From: Macrostomum lignano
Lineage: Eukaryota
Length of the DNA: 48,067 nt
Assembly: GCA_002269645.1 (NCBI GenBank)
Contig: NIVC01004376.1
Span: 1-48,067, forward strand
Direction of reading: 5' to 3'
The translations under genes and the position numbers were made by a program. The notes beneath the pieces were generated by a model that saw only the letters and a list, made by a program, of their open reading frames with translations, was not told the origin of the DNA and did not search any database. This document shows, one piece after another, positions 13,801 to 25,800 of the stretch (position 1 is its first letter; each line of letters opens with the position of its first letter).

Positions 13801-16800
13801 AGCGCAAGCTAAAACAACTTACGTGAGGATAAGCTGAGTAGGCCAAGTTATCAGAGCTATAGGTCAGCTGCACATGATGCATGTAAGCTATGCAGGCGGA
13901 GCAGGTATCAAAACGGCTACTGCCGGCTTGAATGCTGAGTACGTACAGAGTCACGAAGTCGTCAAACCACGCCTAAAGCACAGAAGTATGATTACGATTG
14001 TACGTAACTTGATGTGTTCAATATTGTGCCACAAAACTGTGAACAAGTGTGAAAGCTTGTGTTTCACCTGAATATAATCTCGGTAACCAGTTCCCGCGCT
14101 TATCCCATATACTGTAGGCGGGCTCCAAAATCCGAGGTATCGCGAACCTAAATACAGTGGATTTTTGTGATAAATTTCTGTATTAAGTACTGCAGTTTGA
14201 GTTACTAGCAAAGAGACTTTGATGGATTTCTCTGGCTCACTTGGCATGTCGTACATAACTCGAGGTCCAGTGTACACACTTTCAGAAACCAGAGCAAGAT
14301 ATGAAACTGAGGTGAAGTTGATTGAGTCACTGGCCAAGACCACGCCAAAGCCAATGTCCTGTCCGTTGCAAGTGAAGTAGATGGAGCAGTTGAAGGTATT
14401 GCAGTCAGTCCAGGTGATGGTGAGAGGCAGGTATTCCTCTGTGTCAGCAGCCACAGGTGCCAGCTGCCTAAGACTGATATCCCCAACTGTTTGGCGGTTG
14501 GATCCGTAAAAATCACCCTGGCGAATGGCAGCCGCCGCCAGCCACAGAGCGGTTCCATTGGCATTGAGGTCGAACTCGTAGCGTTTCTGCGGGTCACAGC
14601 ACAACCCGATGAACTTTTTACGAGGTATCGGTAACGAGAAACAGCAAATCACTTTCGCTTTATTGATGCAATGAATATATTATCGTATGTGAACGAATGC
14701 ATTTGAGTAGAAAAATGTACTACATGCAAGGTTGGTGATGCTTTTTGGTAGGTTTTGGGAGCTTAAAGATTTATTTTAATAGAACAAAAGACGGGAAAAA
14801 CATACCTGTCTCATGATGTCAGACTCGGCATAATAAGCAGAGAACAGAAGCTGAAGTCCCGCACTGTTTAATCGAATGTAGAAAGTCAGGTTGCCAGTCC
14901 GCAAGGCGCTCTCAACCAGCGACTTCGGAAGTCGGTAAAGCTTTCTGAGATCGGCCTCAGCTCCCATCTCATTCACTGGAATTGAGTAAGAAGTATTAGA
15001 CGTCACGAATTCGCTTTCTTCTATTAATGATTCTTAACTAGCTCGTATATTATGTGGTTAGTGAGCTTACCTTCATCTCCCATTACATTGATGTAGTTGA
15101 TGTCCATGCGAGCACTCCCAACGTTATTGACAGGGCTAACCAGCACCAAATAGCGAGCAGTCTGAGGCGTGTCGCAAGTAATAAATGAGGCGTAAATTGA
15201 CAGCGGTTCCACAAAGTTCCAGTTGAAGCAGGTGTCCCAGTTCTCAAAGGCCAGGTCACCGAGGCTACGATTCCACGAGTTGCTGGTCCTGAAGCTCACA
15301 TTGTATAGGTTTCGATCTGCAATGATTTTGCAATACTTTAAAGCACTGTTTTCGCTTCTTACAATACGTTTTAAGAGGATGAAATCACTTTAAACATAAA
15401 AAACAATTTTAATGGCTCAATGTGACAATAGATAAGCTTACACGGGTCGACACGGATTGCTGAAATTCGGTACTGCAACTTGAGATCAGCAAGGAGCCAC
15501 CAATTATTGGGCGGTGTTGCCACGGATACGCCGACCGTGTGCACATAAAATCCATAATTAATATTTATGCTATAAGACTGCATGATCCCAGTAAAGTACA
15601 GCACTTTATCGACCAGGATGTTGCCGATGTAATTATAGCTTGCCGGCGGATGGTAGTACTGACCTGAGTCACGAAATTTTAAAACAATTCGAGCTGTCAT
15701 TGTTATCAAGCATCATGAATAGGCGCATATGGTTTCAAACAGGACTTCGGTGCTAACAAACTATTTCGCTTGAATAACTATTCGCTACTACCATCCGTAG
15801 GGATTTTTAGGAAGGGCAGGCCAGCGTAAAAAATAGGTTGCAAAAATGCGAGTTCCGCACAATCTGCGGTACTATATTTGTATCTTTACTTCATTTTCTT
15901 AGTAAGTGTGAAAATTTTTTCTATATGTTTTCATAGTAGCAGCCTGCTAGTTAAGTATTGCTAGTTAAACGGAAAATATGGACATTGATAATATTATGAG
16001 CCCGATTCGTTTCAACTACATGTAAATCAGGCATCTCAACTTACTGCAGTAAGCTTTTTGGAGATCGTAGCAGTCTCTGATAACGCCTCCCTGATCGTAG
16101 CAGCTGGAGTATCGACTAGTTATATCTGCAAGAGGGTTTGCGGAATTACAATGTTTGTGCAAAAACTTTAGATATAGCTGAGTAAATACGCCCGTAAATG
16201 GTCAATTTTCCAAAGAAATGTCGGCCGATAAACTCACATTCCAAGCACGTGTTGTTGTAGTCCTTGTAGGTGCTGGTCACAGTGTCCCAGTTTGCACAGG
16301 CGAATCCCTGCTCAGTGACCGACCACTGCCCGTCGTAGAACTGGTAGTCAGCTCGGCTTAGTGCGCACTGCACGTGCTCTGCAAATCATTTTTATGAGAG
16401 CTAATCACTTTTTAACATTTTCCCTGCTTAAGGTAAACAATAAATATCTCACCCTCTTTTGACATGACCGATCCCAGGAATGCCTTCTCGGGACCTCTTC
16501 TCGAGTTTGATGTCGATGCATTAACGCGAACTCCAACTATACCGGACTCCGGGTACAACAGGGGCTCCAGGCAGCCTGCAAAGCAGTTTATATTGAGCAT
16601 TGGCGAATATTTTTTATGTTTTATTCCTCATAATTCGGATTACAGTTGTGCATAAATTCGGTTCATGCCGTCATAACTTAAGTCACTCACCATTTTCTAT
16701 TTGGGTTTTTTGGTACACTGAGTACTTTCCGGTCACACTTTGGACGCTCTCAGTGCCGATTGAGATGGCAAAGTTGTTCAGATTTGCTGAGTGCCAAATG

Positions 16801-19800
16801 TCATAAACAGCTGGTATGTATGCGAGCGATTCATCCAAAGCCCACAGGCTAAGCAACTCGTGCAAAGGTCCCTGTGTGTACTGTATGTTGTCATCTTCTG
16901 ACCCAACGTTGTTGTGATAGAATGTGTTGAGGACAACTGTCTGCTGTCGATCAGGCCCTAGAATTGCATTGCAGCTTCGTGAGCAGAATTTCAATTTGAT
17001 AGGGTCAAAGCATAAAGTCCTACTCACAAATCTTCTTGGGAATTTGGCACAAGAAGTACAAACTAGCAGAGCAGTCGATCCTATACAGCCCATTGTAGTC
17101 CGTAGACAAGTACACACACGAGCTGCTCTGAGTCTGGCCCATGTAGAATGCTCCCTGCTCAACTTCTTCTCCATCCAGCCAGTACCAGCGGCCGGTTGAA
17201 GAGTTTCGGTATGCACCGACGTGGAACTGCATGTTTCTAAATTAATGGGAAGGCAAGATTTGTTTGAGTGAAATTTCTTCTTTTATTTCTCATTGAACGC
17301 ATCAGTACCAGGCTAACTGACGGCCTAAGAAGATTGGCTTGATTTTTTTCTTGAATTAAGTAAAACAGAAGAAAGCAGGTTTTTTCTCTCTGGCGCTGCA
17401 TATTGACAATAATATTGAAGCTTTGAGTATACAGTATTTCGTTTTTCATTGAAAATAAGCAGTAAAGATAGGAATATTGAACAGGCTCGATACCCAATGA
17501 ACTTTCTCAACCACAGTTCACCTCATGTGACCGAAGTTGCGCAGCACGGCACTCTTGGGCATGAACAGAGTGCCATTCTTGCCATTCCAGTAGCGGCTCT
17601 GGCAGTACTGCAGCGAACTGTTCCAGTCCAGAGCTGACGGGACGATCCTGAGGCAGATGTTGTAGAGCGGCCGCCAGCCTTGCGGGCACTCGTCTTAAAT
17701 TCGTTAGCAAATATCAAGTTGAAAGAGGGTAAAAATGCAAAGGACTCTCAGCTTATCAGTCTGTTAAAATCCTCAATATGTACTGATTGATCTATTTTAG
17801 AAAAAAATTCAGAACTAATAATAGCTACAGTTCTACAGACCACCGATTGTCTAACTGAATCGGAATTTCAAGACATCGGAAGTTTTGCAATAAGTAGATA
17901 AGCAAAGTTCAAGGACAGACCAGTAATCTCGATGCCACAAATATTCATGATGTCAGCGGTCTCAATGGTGGCGTTAAGGCTAAAGTGCAGCTTGACACTT
18001 GACGGCGTGAGTATCAGCGGGATTAGAAAGTCTTCAACTGTGTTGTAGGTTGAGAACTGGAATGCCAGGGATATCAGAAAGTATGAGAAAAGCAATATAA
18101 AATACTAGCTGCAAGAACAATTGCATGCCTATTATAAAATACGAGTACGAGCTATAACAAAACTAAAAAAATCAGATCAACGAAATCTATCAACAGAAGA
18201 CCTACCTTGAACACGGTATCGTACCAGGGTGAACGCAACTGCTTGTCTGAACTATTGAGAGTGACTTGATATGTTATGTAGAATTCATCTTTGGTCTCCA
18301 AATCAGACAACTGAATGGAAGTTAAATAGTGAACCTCCTTGAAGTCAATGCGAATAATCTGTTCTTTCTCTGTCACGAATTTCTCAACTGAATAGTTGCT
18401 CGTGGCAATGGTACTGCGAACTGAAAATAGAAAATGATTGGTTTGTTACGCTCGTAGCCGTGATTGCTCATGTCTTAGCAGAATTCGTGGCTTTATATGT
18501 AGGATGCATATAATCAATAGATCTCATTGCGTATATATGATATTTGATGTAAACTACGTTCTGACAATAAACTTAACTTAAAAATGAAACTATAAAACTA
18601 TAAAGCAGAGAAAATTTCACCACTCTTGGATCATCTCCCCGTATCGAAGGGAAATGGCGAACATGTGTCTAAATTTCCCTTCTGCATAAATATTGCATCA
18701 TTTATTCAGGCGGTTCATCAAGCCTAAGCTTCAGAACGGTTGAGTGGCTTTCATCAAGTTGCTCTCCAGTCTGCTCTCAGATTGGAGTTCAGTTTTTGTT
18801 GAGCTTTTTGCATTTTTAACTCTGAGTCCCTCATACCTTCTTATCCCGCCGTGTTGTATCAGCGGCCGCAATCGGAACGTACTCCTACGGTGGCGAATCA
18901 GGACGAAGTAAAAGCGCTTTCTGCCGCTCTGGCCAGACTGGGTTCGAGAGAAGGTGCGAGAGGTCGCTTTGCGACTTGGCGCCAGCCTGTCCCTTGAATA
19001 CAGCACTTACTTGAGCTGAGAGCAGTGCACTCTGGGCGCAGAGCGCGACAAGTCGGAGAGAGCCGCTTACATGTAGGTTTCCTGTCCTGTCCTGATTTTT
19101 TACTCAGATTTGTTGATACAAACCGCGGACGGCTTTCGTTCACACAAAACATGTATGGGACCACTAGCTAAGCCCCAGGCTACAAAGGTCCAATGGTGCT
19201 GGTGTCCAATACTCGTAAAAAATGAAGATAAAATATTATCAATTCTCAATTCTCTAAGTTTGCCCGGGAAACGCAGAAACACAGAATTTGGTACGCAGAG
19301 GCCGCTGTAGAAAGAATGGGGAGATGGAGTGCAACTATAGATAGGTTCGGCTCAGACGCGGTGGGGAGGGGAAGAGTGCGATTCCGGGCCCACCAGACCG
19401 AGAGCCAGGTATTGCTTCTCGGTGCCCGAGGTAACAGCCGCGTATCCAAAAATCTCCTTACTGGCCTAAGTTTTTTTGTATACTGAAATACTAAATCTGT
19501 TTACAGAATAGTCAGTACTTGAGTGCGAATGGTAAAATTACTCTTTTTGTGACTGATGTATCACATATAGAACCACGAAGCAACACAAAAAATTGATGCG
19601 GTACATACATGTACAAATACAATCCAAGGACCACTAGAAGTTACCGTTATATCAGGACGTAACACTTGTACATTTCAGATCGTTTTGAAGACTCGCTTTT
19701 GTAATACGACTTTGAGCGTGCTACGTCCTGATACCATAGTAACTTCTAATGGTCCTTGTTACAATCCCAACATTTTTTACTGAATTGTAATATGCTCATA

Positions 19801-22800
19801 AGAACTTACGAGTAGCCGATGGAAATCCCAGTATCTCAAGCTTCCAACTATTCGAACTCCAGCTGCTGGTCAGAATTGCCTCGAGCAGCTGTGTCTCTAT
19901 TGGTCTCGGCAAGTAGTTTATTCCAGAAATGGTGTCAGCGTAACGAATCGTTTGGAATGTAATCTGAAATTCAGGTTTCAGATTTATGAAGATTACTATT
20001 GTCTTCGAACAGCTTCATTCAAATTACGCTGCAGGGTCTAATACATTTATGAATTATGCGTTACGCTACTAAAACTACCAAATTTATTTAGTGCTCTCGC
20101 AAGGCAACATTTCTTTGCCCGCCCTGTAAGTTTTTCGCGCCATAGTCTATACTTTCTACTTATCAGTAGACGAAACCGGACATGGCTCACAACAAAAAAT
20201 CTCTCACTATGTTATTTGCCTGGTCCAGTACGTTTTGCATTTGCAAATAGTTTTTGCTCAATGAATAACGAAGCCTGTAGCTATTAGGGCTGCCGCGCAA
20301 GCCTTTGGAGCGCTTGCCGCTGCCCTGAACAATCATGCCGGTGACAGTCATGCTGATGGGGAAGTAGAATCGAACATAGGATTCTGTCGTGCCAAGTGAC
20401 TCAAATCGCAGGGAACTTTCTACGAACGGAGTCTCGGCAGCTGACAGGGGCAGGGAGAAGAGGCCTCCCAGGTTCTGCGTGTTGCCTGACACCATCCACT
20501 CGAAGTGAACGAACTCGCCCAGCCCCATCGGCATCTGGGCCAGGGCGTTCAGCTGCGGATCGGCTAAAAGAAATTGAAGTCAAATAGTGAGCTATCAAAT
20601 TTTTTTGTTAGAGTACGAGTACCCTACGCTTATTTATTAAGTCACGCAAAACTAACCATGCAGAGTTCCGAAAACCTCAATTTCAGCGATGCTCAAGTAC
20701 TCCGAGATTCCATCGTTTTTGCGTACCGTAAGGTACTGCGCGCTCTGAATAATTCACCAGGTGAGAAAAAGCGCTCAAAATAAAATACTCTAATTACTAT
20801 TCCACTCAATAAGTTGAGTGCAAACTCACTTTCTGACACGGAAACATCAAGTAGTCAATGTACTTTAAATCATCGGGCTTTTGATACGTGTTGCCCTGAC
20901 GATAGCACAGGTCAGCTTCAGCAAATGTGGGAATTCCAGCCATAAGGGACAGTTGAGCAAAGTACTCGGTGTTCCGGATAGTGTAAATATCTGCAATGCA
21001 GTTCAAAACGCTTTTCGTTGAGAATTAGTCTGCTTGAAAGTTTTCAATGAAGCATACTCGTATTATGAACATATAGTTATATGTATGATAATTTTCACGG
21101 CTCTATCAAACTAAAGTAAAGCCATCTTACGGGCATCTCCAGCGTTCCTTGTGTAGACAACGACATAGGAGAAGTTCCTTGGTACAATCATGTCCACATA
21201 GGCCCATCGCAGTACACTGCTCGATGTGACGATGAAGTAAGAATGTGTATTACCGTAGGTATTTGTCACACCATCCGTGGCCCTGTATCCAGGATGGGTG
21301 CTGCTGTATTGAGAAGAAAGCTGGACCGGCTGGTTTCGAGAGATCAGCCATGGAAATTGAGCGCCTCCGTTTATCTCTGCAGGGATCAGTCGACGGAGTA
21401 CATGAAATTTTAAAAGTTTTTATGACAGGTTACTAAATTTTTTAAAATTTCAACAATCAATCTGCATACAAAAAGCAGTTTGACTGGAATTTCCAACTCT
21501 ATAGATATGGACATCCTTTAACATGCAACTACTTTAAATGATACTATTGCTCAAATATTATTACTAAGTATGAGTATTACTAGCAGTATTACTCAAATTA
21601 TTTCAGTGCCTATTAGACAGGAAAGCCCTCAAAGCGAACAAATCGGAACTTGTAAATCCAGAAGCAAAGCTTACCATCGGCTAGCCTTCCATACAGCATG
21701 AACCTTAATTGGTAGTTCCCGCTGAGCTCTGCTTGAATATGCCGCATCGCCAGTAATAGCTTTGGCGGCTTCATCGAAATAAAATTTGTATGCCAGACAC
21801 TAGTGCTGATGAAAATTGGCACGCTATAGCCATCGACACCGATGTCAAGAGGAATCCAAGTTTTGAGGTCAGCTGAACAAAGTCGGTAAGCTTCTCTGGC
21901 TCCCAGGTCTTGATCAGCAGAGTCCGAGCCCCGGCCGTACCCAGCGTAGTAAACCCATACCAGGGATGTGAAGGTTACCTGAAAAATGTATCTATTCTAT
22001 ATAGCTTTTCTTTAGTGAAATGTAACGGAAAAAGAGAAAAAAAGCCAACCTGATGCCAGTCTTGATAGTCTTGAAAAAAAGAAGACGGCTGCCAAAACCC
22101 AGAATTGATTGAGTCTGAAATAAAAGAGTACATGAGGATACCATGAAGATAATAATATTTTAGTACAAACAAGCTCAAATTGCTCACTCGGCACGCCAGG
22201 GAACTGCACCGCCACTCCGTTGTACTCGGTGTCGCTCGGCTTCTTGGAGAAGCCGGCAGAGTTTATGGTGAAGTTGACGGCATCGCTCGGGTCGGAAAAC
22301 ACGCCCACTAGAGTCGAATCGATGTAGGCTTCAATGGTGAGGTTCTCATCAGCGCTGCTGTTGTACTCAAACTTGAACGACAAATCGTGAAAGTCGAATC
22401 GACGTTCTGACTTCCCATCTGAGCAAGGGTGCTCGTCTTGTTGAGGAGAAACACCGCGTTCAGTGGGATCTCGCTGGAGCTGATGGCTTTGTTCAGCACC
22501 CAGCCGTTCGAGATCCACAGCACGTTCGATGCGGAGTCCCCAGTGAGTCGAAACCGGATTCTCTGAAAACAGTTTCGGTTTGGAGTAATTGCTGATTTCT
22601 GGGAAAATTGTAACTACGAGCGAATCGAGTGAATCTTTGAAAATTTCATAGGAAAGCGCTCGCTGTCAGAACGAATAAATGAAGCCCGTGAGTTCCTTCT
22701 ATTTCCTTGATGCTTCGATCAGGCTTAACCAGCTAAATAAAATAAAAGTCAACTTATGTGCATCCTAGATATTTAGGTAAAGTATACATTGGGGCTTCAT

Positions 22801-25800
22801 GAGCTGTGGTGCTTTATTAAACGTATAAGCAGAAAGAATTTAAAATTGAGGTGCATTCTAGCTGTGCTTAAAGATAAGGCTCTTACGACAGTCGATACAA
22901 TTTTGAGAATTTTTGATGATACTACACTGCATGATTAGCTGCGAGATATAGAAGTCATTGCAATATCATTTGAACTTTTCTAAGGCATTCCTTCCAGAAA
23001 GTTAAACCAATACAACTCGTACCTGATCAAGCATGCTGCTGTATGTTGTTCCCGCGGTGAGGAAGAAGTCTGCGTATGTGTCCCGAATCAGGGTGGAAAA
23101 GGTGACGTTCCTATTTGTCTGCAGGTCCTTTTCCATTGACTCAGGGATCCGGTTGACGAATGAGCTTCCCGGGATGAAGTTTACGTCGTAATCTAAAAAA
23201 AATTGTTTTAATTGAATTCCCACTTTTCTAATTTTACTTGAAGCATCTGTCCCTATTTTTCTGCCTGAACAGACTTACAGTGATCTCCGTAAATCTTCAC
23301 ATGGTCAACAGTGTGGTAGCCGCAGCTCTTTCTCCTAGTAATCACCACGTATCTGCCGATGGTGCCAGGCGGGCAGTGGAAGAACAAATGGCCGTCGCTT
23401 GGGTCAGCTCTCTCTTGCACACCGCACGACGTCCAACCGTCGAAGGCCGCTTCGTCCAGACTGGAGTTCCACGTGTTCGACACTCCGGTCCAGATGCATT
23501 TCATTTGATTTACTGAAAACATAATTTGCATATTTTACACTAGCTGTTTGTGTCCTGTGCCTGACTTCAAAACACTGTTAGGCAAAACATACCTGAGGTA
23601 GTGTAAGGAATTATGAGTGTAACAAACGTTGGAGTCTTCAAGTCAATCAGTACGTAGTAGATGCTTTCAGCTGTCACAGTTGACTCGTAGTTGCTAGTCC
23701 GAATAAGACTGAAGCCGCTGGTTTCGTATGTGGATGACAGCTTCACTTTCTTGTTCATGAAAAACTCAGCGAACATGCTCTGCATCCCCCTTCCACTGTA
23801 GTAGTTCACGCTTGAGTAGGTTCTGGTTGCTGGGAATTATAGATAAGCTTGTAAATAAAATTTTACGTTTGCACTGCAACAACCAACTAAATTGATAAAT
23901 TTAAATAGGTTTGAGTTGATTTTGAAATAAATAAGTATTGATTCTTACAGCAATCCGGCACTTCACAAGCTACCCGGGAAACAGCACTGTTAACGCAAGT
24001 TATCGACAAGGATGCTGAAAAATATGGTTTTGCGGTATTTATAGCCAAAGTGCGCCTGCATAGGTAGTACTAAAATAGTTGACAAATGATGCCAGCTCAC
24101 ATGTCCTGCACTTATTTGTGGCAGCGGGCCAGGCGCTGTACGGAATGCAGGCTTCGCCGTTCTGGTTCACGTCCAGATCGCCGTAGTACTCCCGGTACCA
24201 TTTGCACACTCGGTGGCCTGCGTTAGTATGAGTATAAAAAATGTATTCGAACGCCCGCGCGTCATACATTCGGATGAAATTGTGAAAAATTTGTGATGCT
24301 TACTTCCAGTCCTAAAGGTGTTATTTAGTAGCACGTACTCAGGTCTGGCGTAGTTGATAAAAGATGAAGCGGTGAAGCTGACAGTCAGTTTTCCTGGGAT
24401 GCCAAAGAGCAGAGGAATTCGTTCTCCATCTTCTGCAATAGAAAGTATTTTTAGTCATAGGCCAGGTTTAAGCGTAAGAACGAAAAATATAATGCATTTA
24501 TATTGATTTTTGTAGAAAATGCTCAGAGAATAGGATACAGGATACAGGATAGGATATAGGAATAGGGTATAAACTCATTTCAATCGTCTGTCTAATCAGC
24601 AAGGGATCAGGGGTTAGAGGTTAAGACTGATTTTCGAAGTACGCTCGAGACCTTTATTTCCCTGAATGAGCCCCCAATCCCGCTAAATTGACCCCAATTC
24701 TTTGAATTGACCCCTCATTCCCTTGAATTGACCCCATTCCTTAGAATTGCCTTAGAATCGATTACCTTAGAATTGAATTATCATTCAGTTTTAACCATGC
24801 AGAATGGCTCACTGGCTTATTTATAGTCGAAATTCAAAATGCATTTCAGCAATTCCCCTTTATGATCTTGTACAGTCGCTTTTGTTAGTGTCTAAGGGAA
24901 AATGATGTTCTAAGCAAAAAGCATCAGTCCTTACGAACTTTGACATTAAAGCGTCTCTTTAATCCCAACTCTCCCTTTGATGCTTGGCCTACCAACAACT
25001 CCCAATCGATCCCTGGCATCCCCCATGAGCCAAAGGATTTCAGTAATCACCTCATAAGTCTTGAAAAATCTCAGCAATTCCCTCGTGAGACTTGACATCT
25101 CCGCCATCCCGCCATGAGCAGCAGCATTTGTCAGGGTTCCAGTGCCGTTCAGGCAATGAATCCATGTGACAAATGAAGGTGTAAAACTTGTCAGAAAACA
25201 GGAATATACTAATTCTGCTACTTACAAATAATTTTTTGTTTGTTTCAAAACTGGATCTGAATATGGTTTAAATAATGAAACCTAACCTAGATTTAGATAG
25301 GGAAAAATGACTCTAACATAAATTTGCAAAAATCCCTATACATTACTGAAATAAGTTCCAATGGCTGTCAACTGCAGTGTACAGATCAGGTTCGACAAAG
25401 TAAATTCAGAGTTTGGAAATTGACAAGCGTCTGGCTCGTAGATAATAAACAAATTGATATTAAATAAACTTTTTTTCTAGGAAGTAAAATATCTAGAAAG
25501 CTTTGCGAATTTTGCACACTTATGGCAATCTCGGAAAAGCAAGCTTTAAAGGAACTTTTTAAGTGTCTTTCAATTCAGAAAAGGCAAACCATATCTTCTT
25601 GGTAGCAACCAAACAAGCTATGAAGTTGCGCTTTGAATTACCAAGGTCATTTTTATCTCTAATATAATCTCTAAACAGTTTTAGTAAAAGATCCTTGTCA
25701 TTTAGTGCAAGCTTTGCCGATGAAAGTTTTTTGCCACCCTTTTTATTAGAAGCTGTGTGCGCCCTGGCGCACTTTAAGCCTCATTGTCACACAACCGGCG

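Noticed and set aside
18647-18683. GAAGGGAAAT..ATTTCCCTTC stem-loop as an ncRNA
   Set aside because: Isolated 10-bp stem in an intron with no recognisable RNA family features.
24900-25200. Short open frame in the large gene B intron as a nested gene
   Set aside because: No recognisable motif or splice context; the flanking gene B exons join without it.
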